NCBI GenBank assembly: GCA_963789955.1
Contig: CAWBMV010000001.1
Location: 704,001-768,000 of the forward strand
Source of the DNA: an uncultured Candidatus Rokubacteria bacterium
GTDB taxonomy: Bacteria > Methylomirabilota > Methylomirabilia > Rokubacteriales > CSP1-6
DNA: 64,000 bases
Direction of reading: 5' to 3'
Numbering within the stretch: the stretch's first letter is position 1; the number at the start of each line of letters is the position of its first letter. The position numbers were made by a program, and so were the translations under genes. The notes under the pieces were generated by a model, which saw nothing but the letters and a program-made list of their open reading frames with translations, did no database searches and was not told the DNA's origin. This document shows, one piece after another, positions 48,303 through 61,420 of the stretch.

Positions 48303-49785
48303 CCGACGCGGCGACCCGATACGAGACCGTCATCGGCCTCGAGGTCCACGCCCAGCTCTCGACGCGCTCGAAGATGTTCTGCGGCTGTCCGACGACGTTC
48401 GGCGCGCGGCCCAACACCCAGACGTGCCCGGTCTGTCTCGGCATGCCCGGCGTCGCTGCCGGTCGTGAACCGCCGCGCCGTCGAGCTCGCCATCCGCACG
48501 GCGCTCGCGTTCAGCTGCCGCGTCAACGAGGCGTGCCGCTTCGCGCGCAAGCACTACTACTACCCCGACATGCCGAAGAACTACCAGATCAGCCAGTACG
48601 AGGAGCCGCTGGCCGAGGACGGATTCCTCGAGATCGACGTCGAGGGCGGCGCGCGCACGATCGGGATCCAGCGGCTGCACCTCGAGGAGGACGTCGGCAA
48701 GCTCCTCCACGAGGGCACGCTCGAGACCGCCCAGGCGAGCCTGGTCGACTTCAACCGCTCCGGCGTGGCGCTCATGGAGACGGTGTCGCGGCCCGAGCTC
48801 TCCTCACCCGAGGAGGCCGCGGCATACCTGAGAGCCTTCCGCGCCGTGCTGATCTTCCTGGGCGTTTGCGACGGCAACATGGAGGAGGGCTCGCTCCGTT
48901 GCGACGCCAACGTCTCGCTCCGGCCGCGCGGCAGCGCCACGCTCGGGACGAAGGTCGAGATCAAGAACCTGAACTCGTTCCGGAACGTTCAGCGCGCGCT
49001 CGAGTTCGAGGTGCGGCGCCAGGCGCAGGCGCTCGACGCGGGTGAGCGCATCGTGCAGGAGACGCGCCTCTGGGAGGCCGACCGCGGCTACACGCGCTCG
49101 ATGCGTTCGAAGGAGTTCGCGCACGACTATCGGTATTTCCCGGAGCCCGATCTGGTGCCGCTCCAGGTCGACCGCCGCTGGGTCGAGGAGATCCGCGCGG
49201 GGCTTCCCGAGCTGCCGCGGGCCTGGCGTCAGCGGGCCGTCGCCCAGTACGGGCTGCCGGCCTACGATGCCGAAGTCCTGACTCAGTCGCGGGCGCTCGT
49301 GGACTACTACGAAGCCGCGCTGCGCGAGTGGGCCCCGGCGTCCGGAGCCGGCGCCGACCGGCCAAAGGTTCTCTCCAACTGGATCATGTCGGAGCTCCTC
49401 CGCGTCCTGCCCGGCGACGACGAGCGGGCGATCCAGAGCTCGCCGATCCCGCCCCGCCATCTGGTGGGTCTCCTCGCGGCTGATCGAGAACTCGACGATC
49501 AGCGGCAAGATCGCCAAGGACGTGTTCCAGAAGATGTTCGACTCGGGCCAGGACGCCGGCACGATCGTCGAGCGCGACGGCCTGACCCAGGTTGCCGACG
49601 AGGGCGCGCTGGGCCAGGTGATCGAGTCGGTGATGGCCGCCAACCCGAAGGCGATCGAGGACTACCGCCGGGGCAAGAAGGAGGCAAAGGGGGCGCTCGT
49701 CGGGCAGGTCATGAAGGCCACGCGGGGCAAGGCCAACCCGGCGATCGTGAACCGGCTCCTGGAGGACAAGCTCTCGCAAAGCTGA
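48299..49785 (+). CDS. gatB: Asp/Glu-tRNA amidotransferase subunit B (frameshifts near 48452 and 49478)
   Basis: [58 protein letters not shown]. Confidence 0.95.
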
Positions 49786-49814
49786 AGCCCGCGGCTATAA
49801 TCGAACCGCCCGCC

Positions 49815-50486
49815 ATGATTGAGGTTCACCGGGTTTCGAAGGTGTACTCGGTCGGGCCCGTGAAGGTCCCTGCGCTGCGCGAAGTGTCGTTCCGGATCGC
49901 CAAGGGTGAGTTCGTCGTGCTGACGGGGGCGAGCGGCGCCGGCAAGACGACCTTGCTCCGGCTCCTGTACCGCGACGACTTGCCCTCCGAGGGCGACATC
50001 GAGGTCCTCGGCTACGACCTGGTCCCGATGCGGCGCTCGCAGGTGGCGGCGCTCCGCCGATCGATCGGTGTCGTCTTCCAGGACGCCAAGCTCCTGCCGG
50101 TGCGCACCGTCTACGAGAACGTCGCCTTCGTTCTGCGGGTGCTCGGCACCCCGCGGCGCGAGATCACCGAGCGCGTCTTCGACGCGCTCCGCGTCGTGGG
50201 AATGTCCTCGCGCGCCCAGGCCTATCCCGCGCAGCTCTCCCAGGGGGAAGCGCAGCGAGCCGCGCTGGCGCGGGCCATCGTGAGGCGCCCGCCGCTGCTC
50301 CTCGCCGACGAGCCGACCGGCAACCTCGACGAGTCGATGGCCGCCGAGATCATCGAGGCGCTCAAGGACATCGGGTCGGGTGGCACGACGATCGTGCTGG
50401 CCACCCACCAGGCCCGGCTGGCCGCGGCGCTCAAGCGCCGCACCCTGACGCTCGACGGCGGCCATGTCGTGAAGGACCAGGGCTGA
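49815..50486 (+). CDS. ftsE: Cell division ABC ATPase FtsE
   Basis: GASGAGKTT, RRSIGVVFQD, LSQGEAQR, LADEPTGNLD; precedes ftsX. Confidence 0.9.
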   Translation: MIEVHRVSKVYSVGPVKVPALREVSFRIAKGEFVVLTGASGAGKTTLLRLLYRDDLPSEGDIEVLGYDLVPMRRSQVAALRRSIGVVFQDAKLLPVRTVYENVAFVLRVLGTPRREITERVFDALRVVGMSSRAQAYPAQLSQGEAQRAALARAIVRRPPLLLADEPTGNLDESMAAEIIEALKDIGSGGTTIVLATHQARLAAALKRRTLTLDGGHVVKDQG

Positions 50487-50490
50487 GCGC

Positions 50491-51375
50491 GTGGTTGGAT
50501 TCCTGGTCGGCGAGGCGCTCCGCGACCTGAGAAGAGCCGGACGCGTCGCCGTCAGCGCGATCGTGCTGATCACGCTCTCGCTCGCCGCGCTCGGCGGCTT
50601 CTGGCTCGTGTCGTCCAACCTCGACCGGGCCGTCGCCCAGTGGCGCGACCGGGTGCGCATCGTCGTCTATCTCAAGCGCGAGCCATCGTCCGCCGACGTC
50701 GCCGCGTTGCTCGAGCGCGTCCGGTCCGCGCCCGGCGTGGCCGGCGTGACGTTCATCGGCAAGGCCGAAGCCTTGCGCGACCTCAAGCAGGTGCTCGGCA
50801 AGGACGCGAGCGTCGTCGACCAGCTGCCGGCGAATCCGCTGCCCGCGTCGCTCGAGGTGACGCCGTCGGCCGCGGCCGCGACGCCGGAGGGCGCTCGCGA
50901 GCTCGTCGCGCGTCTGGCGGCGTTGCCGGAAGCCGACGAGGTCGCCGGAAGTGTCGACTGGGTCGAGCAGCTTTCGCACTGGCAGCGGCTGCTGACGACG
51001 ATCGGCCTCGGGGTCGGCGCCGTGCTCGGGATCGCCGCGATCCTGACGGTGACAACGGCGACCACCCTGGTGCTGCACGCGCGGCGCCACGAAACCGAGA
51101 TCATGCGGCTCGTGGGCGCATCCGAGGCGACGATCCGGCTGCCCCTGCTGCTCCAGGGCATGATGCAGGGTCTCGCCGGCGCGGTGCTGGCGCTGGCCAC
51201 GCTCGTCCTCACGTATTCGCTCGTCGGGCCGCGTCTCGAGCCGCTCGTCAATCTCACCCTCGGGCTCTCGCAGCTGGCGTTCTTCACGCCGCTCGGCGTG
51301 ATGGCGCTGCTCGGAGCCGGAACATTGCTCGGCGGGCTCGGCGGCTGGCTCGCGCGCGCCGGTCGCGAGCCATGA
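50491..51375 (+). CDS. ftsX: Cell division permease FtsX
   Basis: NPLPASLEV, EIMRLVGAS..IRLPLLLQG, 4 TM. Confidence 0.9.
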   Translation: MVGFLVGEALRDLRRAGRVAVSAIVLITLSLAALGGFWLVSSNLDRAVAQWRDRVRIVVYLKREPSSADVAALLERVRSAPGVAGVTFIGKAEALRDLKQVLGKDASVVDQLPANPLPASLEVTPSAAAATPEGARELVARLAALPEADEVAGSVDWVEQLSHWQRLLTTIGLGVGAVLGIAAILTVTTATTLVLHARRHETEIMRLVGASEATIRLPLLLQGMMQGLAGAVLALATLVLTYSLVGPRLEPLVNLTLGLSQLAFFTPLGVMALLGAGTLLGGLGGWLARAGREP

Positions 51376-52567
51376 GCGCGCGCGGCGCTCGCGGTGGCGC
51401 TCGCGGTGCTGGCGGTCGCGCCGGCGGCGGCGCAGACGCGACGGGACGAGCCGCTCCAGGCCGAGCAGCGGAAGCTCCAGCAGACGCAGAAGCAGCTCAA
51501 GGAGGAGCGCGAGCGCGCGGCGGCGGCGCGCGCGCGCGAGACGTCCTTGCTGGCCGAGCTCGAGGAGATCGAGCGGCGGCTCGCCGCCAAAAAAGGGGAC
51601 GTCGCGCGTCTGGACGCGCGGATCAAGAAGGCGCAAACCGACGTGCAGATGTTCCGTGGCGAGATCTCGAAGCTCGAAAAGCAGCGGGCCGGCCAGACCA
51701 ACGCGCTCGCGGGGCGGCTGCGCGTGATGTATCGCGTGCACGCCCAGGGCGGCGCGCTCCCGGTGATTCTCAGCGGCGAGGATCCGGCGGCGCGCGCCGT
51801 CGCCGTCCGTCATCTCGCGAGCCTGGCGGCCCTGGACGCCCGCTTGATTCAAGAGTATCGTGTTACATCTGACAGGCTGGCGGATCGGAAAGTCAGGGAG
51901 GAAGCGCAGCAGCAGGAGCTGTCAGGCCTCCACGAAGACGCCAAGCGCGAGCAGGCGGAGGTCGATCGCGAGGTCGCGAAGCGGCGAGTGATCCTCGCGA
52001 AGGTGCGCGACGAGCGCGCGTACCACGAGCGCATGGTGGGCGAATTGACGGAAGCGTCCCACCGCCTCGAGGCGTTCATCCGCGAGCTCCAGGCCAAGCA
52101 ACGGAAGCTGGCGAAGATTCCCGCCACCGAAGGGTGGGATCGAGGCTCCCGCGGTCGGTTTCGGAACGCTCAAGGGGCGTTTGCCGTGGCCGACCGAAGG
52201 ACGGATCGTCACCGGGTACGGCGCGCAGGTGCATCCGCGGTTCGGCACCCGGACATTCCGGAATGGAGTCGATATCGAGGCGGCGGTCGGCCGGGAAGTC
52301 CTGGCGGTCCACGCCGGCCATGTCATCTATACGGGTTGGTTCAAGGGATACGGTAACCTGATTATTGTGGACCACGGCAACGAGTACTACACGCTCTACG
52401 CCCACATCGCCGACATCGAGGCGAAGGAAGGCGATGACGTGCGTCAGGGACAGCGGATCGGCACGGTGGGCGATACGGGATCTCTCGCCGGCCCCCGGCT
52501 CTATTTCGAGGTGCGCCACCAGGGCAGGCCACAAGACCCGGAGCAGTGGCTCCGCCAGGGTGGCTAG
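51372..52567 (+). CDS. envC: EnvC-like coiled-coil + M23 domain murein hydrolase activator (frameshifted)
   Basis: Long coiled coil, LPWPTEG, NGVDI, GYGNLIIVDHG, TLYAH, LYFEVR. Confidence 0.85.
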
Positions 52568-52591
52568 TCCAGTGGGGATGAGAGGACATCC

Positions 52592-53857
52592 ATGAAGAAG
52601 GCCTTCGTGATCAGCTCGCTTCTGGTGGTGCTCACGCTATCGCTCGGCGGATCCGTGGCCAGCAAAGGCGCGGACAGCAGCGCGACGTACGAGCAGCTGA
52701 GGCTCTTCACCGAGGTCCTCTCCATTGTCCAGAACCAGTACGTCGAAGAAGTCCCGCCGAAGGACCTCGTCTACAACGCGATCAAGGGAACTCTGCGAGG
52801 CCTGTCCGCGCCTCCGTACAACGACCCGCACAGCTCGTTCCTCGACCCGGACAGCTACAAGGAGATGCAGGTCGAGACCAGCGGAAGCTTCGGCGGGCTC
52901 GGCATCGAGATCACGTTGCGCGACGACGTGCTCACGGTCGTGTCGCCGATCGAGGGCACGCCCGCGTATCGGGCCGGATTGCAGACCGGCGACCGCATCG
53001 TCAAGATCGACGGCCTCGTCACGAAGGACATGCAGCTGCCCGATGCGGTCAAGCGCATGCGCGGCAAGCCCGGCACGAAGGTGACGATCACGATCGTGCG
53101 CGAGGGCTGGACCGAGCCGAAGGACTTCGACATCACGCGCGAGCAGATCCGCGTGCAGTCGGTGCGCTCGGCCGATCTCGGCGGAGGCGTCGCCTACATC
53201 AAGCTTCGCCAGTTCCAGGAGCAGTCGCCCGGCGACACCGCGGCGGCGCTCGACAAGGCCGCGAAGGCGGGCATGAAGGCGCTCATCTTCGACCTGCGCA
53301 ACAATCCGGGCGGTCTGCTGACGGCCGCGGTCGAGATCACCGAGGAGTTCATCGAGGACGGTAAGCTCGTCGTCTACACCGAGGGCCGCGTCCGGAACCA
53401 GAACATGCGCTTCTCGGCCCATGCCAAGAAGTCGTATCCGACGTTGCCGATGGTGGTCCTGGTCAACCAGGGCTCCGCGTCGGCGTCCGAGATCGTCGCG
53501 GGCGCGCTCCAGGACTGGGGCCGCGCGATCGTGGTCGGCACCCAGACCTTCGGCAAGGGGTCGGTGCAGACGATCATCCCGCTGTCCGACGGCTCCGGGC
53601 TCCGCCTGACGACCGCGAAGTACTTCACGCCGAAGGGCCGCTCGATCCACGGCAAGGGCATCACGCCGGACATCGTGGTCGAGATTCCGAAGGACACGAC
53701 GGCCGCGAAGGACAAGCAACAGCCGTCGCTCGACCCGATGGAGGAGCTCAAGAAGGACATCCAGGTGCAGCGGGCGCTCGACGTGATCAAGACGATGCGG
53801 ATCATCGAGCAGCAGCGCCCGGGACAGAACCCACAGGCTCAGGTTCGGCCGCAGTAG
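52592..53857 (+). CDS. ctpA: Carboxy-terminal processing protease (S41A, PDZ)
   Basis: DPHS, FGGLGIEI, DLRNNPGG, SASASEIVAGALQD, TFGKGSVQ. Confidence 0.95.
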   Translation: MKKAFVISSLLVVLTLSLGGSVASKGADSSATYEQLRLFTEVLSIVQNQYVEEVPPKDLVYNAIKGTLRGLSAPPYNDPHSSFLDPDSYKEMQVETSGSFGGLGIEITLRDDVLTVVSPIEGTPAYRAGLQTGDRIVKIDGLVTKDMQLPDAVKRMRGKPGTKVTITIVREGWTEPKDFDITREQIRVQSVRSADLGGGVAYIKLRQFQEQSPGDTAAALDKAAKAGMKALIFDLRNNPGGLLTAAVEITEEFIEDGKLVVYTEGRVRNQNMRFSAHAKKSYPTLPMVVLVNQGSASASEIVAGALQDWGRAIVVGTQTFGKGSVQTIIPLSDGSGLRLTTAKYFTPKGRSIHGKGITPDIVVEIPKDTTAAKDKQQPSLDPMEELKKDIQVQRALDVIKTMRIIEQQRPGQNPQAQVRPQ

Positions 53858-53879
53858 CCGCGACTCACGCGCGCATCAA

Positions 53880-53926
53880 GGGCGATGCGAGGCCGGGTGC
53901 CCGTGACTCGGCCGCATCGCCTTTAC
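53880..53926 (+). terminator. Hairpin after ctpA
   Basis: GGCGATGCG-AGGCCGGGT..ACTCGGCC-GCATCGCC followed by TTT. Confidence 0.45.
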
Positions 53927-53986
53927 TATCTGCGCAGCCGTCGCGTGGCTCGCGCGACGAGCGTTTGAGGACAAAGGGAACGACGG

Positions 53987-54988
53987 ATGGTGGTGCTCGG
54001 GATCGAAAGCTCGTGTGACGAGACGGCCGCGGCGGTGCTCGCCGACGGTCGCCGTATCCTGTCGAGCGTCGTCGCCTCGCAAGATGCCATCCACGCGCCG
54101 TACGGCGGCGTGGTCCCCGAGCTCGCCTCGCGCCGTCATCTCGAGGTGATCGTGCCGGTGGTCGAGAAAGCGCTGGCCGACGCGAATGTTCGCCTGCCGG
54201 ATCTCGACGGGATCGCCGTCACGCAAGGGCCCGGGCTCGTCGGCTCGCTGCTGGTCGGGTGCTCGGTCGCGAAATCGCTCGCGTATGTGCACCGCCTGCC
54301 ACTGGTTGCCGTGAACCACCTGGAGGGGCACATCTACGCGTCGTTTCTCACCGACGATCCGCCGGAGCATCCGTTCCTGGCGCTCGTGGTCTCCGGCGGG
54401 CACACGGCCCTCTATCACGCCCGCGGGCCTCGCACGTACACCCTGGTCGGTCAGACCCGCGACGACGCCGCCGGCGAAGCGTTCGACAAGGTCGCGAAGC
54501 TCCTGGGCCTCGGCTTTCCGGGCGGGCCGGTGATCGAGCGCACGGCCACGGCCGGCGATCCCAAGGCCGTCACGTTTCCGCTCGCCCAGATGAGCGACGG
54601 CGCCGCCGACTTCTCGTTCAGCGGGATCAAGACGTCGGTATCTCTCTACGTCAAGCAGCGCGCGCCGCTCGGGGCCGCCGAGATCGCCGACGTCGCGGCG
54701 TCGTTCCAGGCGTCGGTCGTGAAGATGCTCGTGCGGAAGACCATCAAGGCCGCGCTGCACCACGGCATCAAGCGCGTGGTGCTGACCGGCGGTGTGGCCG
54801 CCAACACGCCCTTGCGCGAGGCGCTCGACGCGGCGGCGACCGAGCACGGCCTTCGCCTGCACATCCCGCCCCGAAATCTCTGTACCGACAACGCGGCGAT
54901 GATCACGGCGGCGGGCACGGTGCGCCTCGCGGCCGGAGAACGCGCACCGCTGACCATGAACGCCGCGCCCGACCTCGAGCTCGCGTGA
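53987..54988 (+). CDS. tsaD: tRNA t6A threonylcarbamoyltransferase TsaD
   Basis: LGIESSCDET, GGVVPELASRRH, HLEGH, VSGGHT, DDAAGEAFDK, TDNAAMI. Confidence 0.97.
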   Translation: MVVLGIESSCDETAAAVLADGRRILSSVVASQDAIHAPYGGVVPELASRRHLEVIVPVVEKALADANVRLPDLDGIAVTQGPGLVGSLLVGCSVAKSLAYVHRLPLVAVNHLEGHIYASFLTDDPPEHPFLALVVSGGHTALYHARGPRTYTLVGQTRDDAAGEAFDKVAKLLGLGFPGGPVIERTATAGDPKAVTFPLAQMSDGAADFSFSGIKTSVSLYVKQRAPLGAAEIADVAASFQASVVKMLVRKTIKAALHHGIKRVVLTGGVAANTPLREALDAAATEHGLRLHIPPRNLCTDNAAMITAAGTVRLAAGERAPLTMNAAPDLELA

Positions 54989-55329
54989 TGCGACGCGGGC
55001 TCGTGACCGTGAACCTGAGCGGCGCAACGCATCCGACAGATCGGGCGTGCGGAGCTTCGCCGCGCCTGTCTCAGGCCACCCTCGGGTCCAAGCCGGCCTC
55101 GAGGTCCGTGACCGTGAGTCGGAGCCGGCGGACGCACCCGAAGGGACCGGGCGTGCGGAGCATCGCCGCGTCTGTCTCAGGCCACCCTCGGTCCACGCCG
55201 GCCTCGAGGTCCGTCACCGTGAGTCGGAGCCGACGGACGCACCCGAAGGGACCGGGCGTGCGGAGCATCGCCGCGTCTGTCTCAGGCCACCCTCGGTCCA
55301 AGCCGGCCTCGAGGTCCCCGCTACAATGA
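54988..55329 (+). other. Putative 113-aa repeat-derived bridging ORF between tsaD and ntrB-like gene
   Basis: ATG overlaps the tsaD stop (TGATG), frame open across three 35-codon units, TGA overlaps the next ATG (ATGA); translation unproven. Confidence 0.45.
55003..55329 (+). repeat. 3 x 105-bp tandem palindromic repeat; shares core with 6427-6565
   Basis: Units start at 55003, 55108 and 55213; core GTCTCAGGCCACCCTCGGTCCAAGCCGGCCTC; ends CCCCGCTACAATGA. Confidence 0.95.
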
Positions 55330-56399
55330 ACTACGAAGCGGTTCTCGCCGGTCTCCCCGACGCGGTGATCGCGGTCGACGCCGATCTGCGCATCGTGTTC
55401 TGGAACTCGGCGGCCGAGGTGCTCACGGAGCGCTCGGCGCGCCGCGCCGAGGGGCGGTATATCAAGGAAGTCTTCTCGCCGGACGCATCGGTCGTGCGGC
55501 GGCTCGGCGAGACCCTCGCCACGGGCGAGAGCCGATCCGAGGCCGAGAGCTTCGTCGAGCGCGGCGACGGCCGGCGACTGCCGGTCTCGATCGTGACGGC
55601 TCCGCTCTGCGGGCGCGACGGCCAGGTCGAGGCCGCGGTCGTGGTGCTGCGGGATCTCTCGCGAATTCATCAGCTCGAGGCGGAGGTGCGCCGGGGCGAG
55701 ACCCTCGCGGCGGCCGGACGGATGGCCGTCGGGCTCGCCCACGAGGTGCGCAATCCGCTGGGCGCGATCCGCGGCGCGGTGCAGCTGCTGCGGCGCGAGC
55801 TCGGTCCCGATTCGCGGCTCGGGGAGTACACGGACGTGCTCCTGACCGAGGTCGATCGCGTGAACCGCATCATCGAGACGCTTCTCGATCTGGCGCGGCC
55901 GATCCAGCTTCGGGCGGTGCCGTTGAATCTCCACCAACTCCTGGAGCGTGTGACTCTGCTGAGCGAGGAAGGCGCGCGCGAGCGCGAGGTCGCCCTGATC
56001 CGCCGCTACGACCCGAGTCTTCCGCCGATCCTCGGCGACGAGGATCGGCTGTTGCAGGTCTTTCACAATCTCGTGCGCAACGGCCTGGACGCCATGGAGC
56101 GCGGCGGTCGCCTCACGTTGACGACCCGCGTGAGTTTGAATCCGCTCTTCGGCAAGATGGACCTCGGCGCCGGCCAGCGCAGCATGGTGGAAGTGCAGGT
56201 GACCGACGAGGGGCCGGGAATTCCCGATGCGGTCCGCGCGAGGATCTTCGATCCGTTCTTCACGACCAAGGACAAGGGCCTCGGGCTCGGGCTCTCGATC
56301 TGTCACCGCATTCTCGAGGAGCACCGCGGCGCCATCCAGGTGGACAGCGCCGCCGGGCGCGGCACCAGCGTGACGTGCTTCTTGCCGATCGCCAAATGA
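55326..56399 (+). CDS. PAS sensor histidine kinase, NtrB-like
   Basis: PAS domain; LAHEVRNPLGAIRGAVQLL, YDPSLPPI, NLVRNG, DEGPG, FDPFFTTK, GLGL. Confidence 0.9.
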   Translation: MNYEAVLAGLPDAVIAVDADLRIVFWNSAAEVLTERSARRAEGRYIKEVFSPDASVVRRLGETLATGESRSEAESFVERGDGRRLPVSIVTAPLCGRDGQVEAAVVVLRDLSRIHQLEAEVRRGETLAAAGRMAVGLAHEVRNPLGAIRGAVQLLRRELGPDSRLGEYTDVLLTEVDRVNRIIETLLDLARPIQLRAVPLNLHQLLERVTLLSEEGAREREVALIRRYDPSLPPILGDEDRLLQVFHNLVRNGLDAMERGGRLTLTTRVSLNPLFGKMDLGAGQRSMVEVQVTDEGPGIPDAVRARIFDPFFTTKDKGLGLGLSICHRILEEHRGAIQVDSAAGRGTSVTCFLPIAK

Positions 56400-57856
56400 C
56401 GGAAGGACGTCCCCGGCCATCGCTACCGTAAAGGCGCGCATCCTGGTCGCCGACGACGAGGACAGCCTGCGCTGGGTCCTGGAGAAGGGCCTGCGCCAGG
56501 CGGGCTACGACGTCCTGACCGTCAAAGACGGCATCGCCGCGCTCAAGGCGTTCGAGGCCGAGCCCTTTGACGTGGTCTTCCTCGATATCCGCATGCCGGG
56601 TGTCGACGGTCTCACCGCGCTCGGCCGCCTGCGCGAGATTCGCGCCGGACGCGTGCGTGGTCGTCATGACCGCCCACGGCACGATGGACACCGCCATCCA
56701 GGCGATGCAGCGCGGCGCGTACGACTACCTCGCGAAGCCGTTCGACCTGGACGAGGTGCTCCTGCTCACCGAGCGCGCGCTCACGGCGCGCCGGCTGACC
56801 CAGGAGGTGACGCGTCTCAAGAGCGGCCTGCACGACGTGTGGGAGTTCGGCGCCATCATCGGGCGCCACCCGCGCATGCAGGAGGTCTACAAGACGATCG
56901 GCCGCGTCGCGGCCAGCGACGTCACCGTCCTGCTGCGCGGCGAGTCCGGCACCGGCAAGGAGCTCGTGGCCAGCGCGATCCACCACTACAGCCGCCGCGC
57001 CGGCCGACCCTTCGTCGCCGTGTCGTGCGCCGCGATTCCGGCCACCTTGCTCGAGTCCGAGATGTTCGGGCACGAGCGCGGCGCCTTCACCGACGCGAAG
57101 GAGCGGCGCCTCGGGAAGCTCGAGCTCGCGCACGGCGGCACGCTCTACCTGGACGAGATCGGCGACATGCCGGTCGAGCTTCAGACCAAGCTGCTGCGCG
57201 CGCTGCAGGAGCGGACCATCGAGCGCGTCGGCGGCCAGGAATCGATTCGCATCGACGTGCGGGTGCTGGCCGCGACCAACCGCGACCTCGAGGTCCTGAT
57301 GAAGGACGGACGATTCCGCGAGGACCTCTACTACCGGCTCAACGTGGTGACCGTGAACCTGCCGTCGCTCCGCGAGCGCCGGCGCGACGTGCCGCTCCTG
57401 ATCGAGCATCTGCTCGCGAAGTACGCCGGCGAGCTCGGTGAGCGCGGCGTGGCCCCGGACGCGCTCGATCGACTGGTCGGCTACGATTGGCCCGGCAACG
57501 TGCGCGAGCTGGAGAACGTGATCCAGCGCGCGATGGTGATGGCCACCAGCGGCATCATCCTGCCGGAGCACCTGCCGATCGGTCCGGTGTCAGCGGCCGC
57601 CTCGGTCAGCGTCGACGCGCCGCTCGAGGAAGTCATCGAGCGCAAGCTCGTCGAGTGCGTGCGCGGCCTGCGCGACCACACGAGCGCGAACCTCTACGAC
57701 CTGATGATCGGCCTCGTCGAGAAGCCTCTGCTCCGCGCGGTGCTCCGCGAGACCGCCGGCAATCAGGTGCGGGCGGCCCAGATCCTCGGGATCAACCGGA
57801 ACACGCTGCGCAAGAAGCTGCTCGAGCACGGAATCGACCCGGGCGGCGTGGGGTAA
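56396..57856 (+). CDS. Sigma54-dependent response regulator, NtrC-like (frameshifts in receiver region)
   Basis: ILVADDEDSLRWVL, GESGTGKE, GAFTDA, FREDLYYRLNV, WPGNVRELEN, Fis HTH LGINRNTLRKK. Confidence 0.92.
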
Positions 57857-57900
57857 GGGCGACGTAAGCTCCGTCGACGTCCGGGAGCGCGACAAGAGAG

Positions 57901-59848
<1,948 letters not shown>

Positions 59849-59866
59849 TCAAGTCGCCGCCGGCGA

Positions 59867-61368
59867 TCAGCGAATCCGCCAGCTCTTGTCCACGTAGCGA
59901 TGCCCTTCGGCCTCCGACACCTGGACGGCGGCGCGGTAGACGCCCGTCTCCACGGTGTGGACGCGCGTGTCCACCGCGATCTGCTCGGGGTCGGGTCCGT
60001 CCGCGAGCGCCTCCGCGAGGACGCGGCCATCGAGATCGTCGGCTCGGCGAGGCCGAGCAGGGCGAGGATGGTCGGCGCCACGTCCACGTTGCCCACCGGC
60101 ACCCGGACCGTCGTGCGCTTCTTGAAGTCCGCGCCCCAGGCCAGGAACGTGTTGCGCACGTTCCACGGGCTCATGCTGCCGTGGTCGCTGGCGTAGAGCT
60201 TCGCGCCGCCGCTGACGCTCGCGAGGTCGCCTCCCGGCACGCCGAACGCGTTCGTCCGAGAGGTCCACGGAAACGTGAAGAGCAGATCGGGCCCGCGCGC
60301 GGCGTTGGCCACGTGAATCAGCTCGAGCGAGAACGTACCCTCGACACCGCCGTGGGGGTCCCCGGGCGCGCGAGCCGGAGCGAAGAGCACGCCGCCCCAC
60401 TCCCGCGACTGGACGAAGCGCGCGATCGCCGCGATGCGCTCGCGGTCGTGACCCTCGACGTGAACCGCCACCGCCTGCCCGCTGCTGGCGAGCACCACGT
60501 CGGCGGAGTCGGCCGACGCCTTCAGACCGGCGGCGATCAGCTCGCCGGCGACGTCGACGCCGGACACGTTGGTGGTGAACCCGTGGTCGGACACGACGAA
60601 GACGTCGGTCGACGGTGTCAGCCCGCGCTCGTCGAGGGTCGCCAGCACGCGAGCGATCTCGCGATCGTCGTTCGCGAGCGCTTCGCGCGAGGACGGCGAG
60701 CCCACGCCGAGGTGGTGCTGGCTGTGATCCGGCTCGGTGAGCCAGTTGATGACGACGTCGGGCGTGAGCTCCGGCAGCACGTACTCGCGGAGCACGCGTT
60801 GTGTCCACGCGACCACCTCGTCGTACCGGTCGAATGCTCCCCGCGGGGGCGCCGGTCCGAACTTGGCGAGGATCGCCGCGCTCACCTCGGCCGGCCACGC
60901 CACCAGCTTGCCGGGCTCGAAGGCGCCGTTGACGAGCACGCCGATTCCGTCGCGGGCTCGAGGATTGGTCAGGAGCGCGCTGCCGGTCGAGCCCGAGCTG
61001 ACGGAGGCGAGGCGAAGCCCGCGCGCGTGAAGGCGCTCTCCGAGCGTCCGGGTGAGCACGAGTCGTCGGTCCGTCGCGTCGTCGAGGGCGAGCAGTCGCC
61101 GATGGTTGCCGGTGTCCAGCGCACGGCGCGGATCCACCGCCGCCACGTACATCTGGTTACCCAGGATTCCGTTCGAGCCCGGGTGCATCCCGGTGCCGAG
61201 CGCGGCGGCGTTGACCCGCGTCACCGTCGGAAATACCGAGTGGCCGTTCGTGAAATCGACGCCCTCGGACCGCAGGCGGTGCAAGGTGGGCGTGCCATCG
61301 GGGGAGATGGCGTCGGGTCGGAGCCCGTCGACGACGAACACGATGACGAAACGGGTGCCGGTCGGCAT
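59867..61368 (-). CDS. Alkaline phosphatase superfamily (nucleotide pyrophosphatase/phosphodiesterase-like); frameshift near 60050
   Basis: VVDGLRPD, FPTVTRVN (Thr nucleophile), EPDHSQH, VSDHGF, DHGS, NVDVAPTIL. Confidence 0.88.
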
Positions 61369-61420
61369 GAGCCGCTATGCTAGCGCGCTCGGGGGAGGAT
61401 TGGTATCATCCCGAATCACC

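Noticed and set aside
48465..50486. Apparent GatB-FtsE fusion ORF (673 aa)
   Set aside because: Produced by the indel near 49478; the true GatB C-terminus is in another frame (stop 49785) and ftsE has its own -10 and ATG at 49815.
55047..55325. Repeat-encoded N-terminal extension of the NtrB-like kinase (ORF 55047-56399)
   Set aside because: The GTG has no SD or coupling. The PAS domain begins at ATG 55326, which has the same CTACA-ATGA context as era. Not fully excluded.
55003..55329. Tandem repeats (also 6427-6565) as a CRISPR array
   Set aside because: Units are near-identical over their whole length with no unique spacers, and there are no cas genes.
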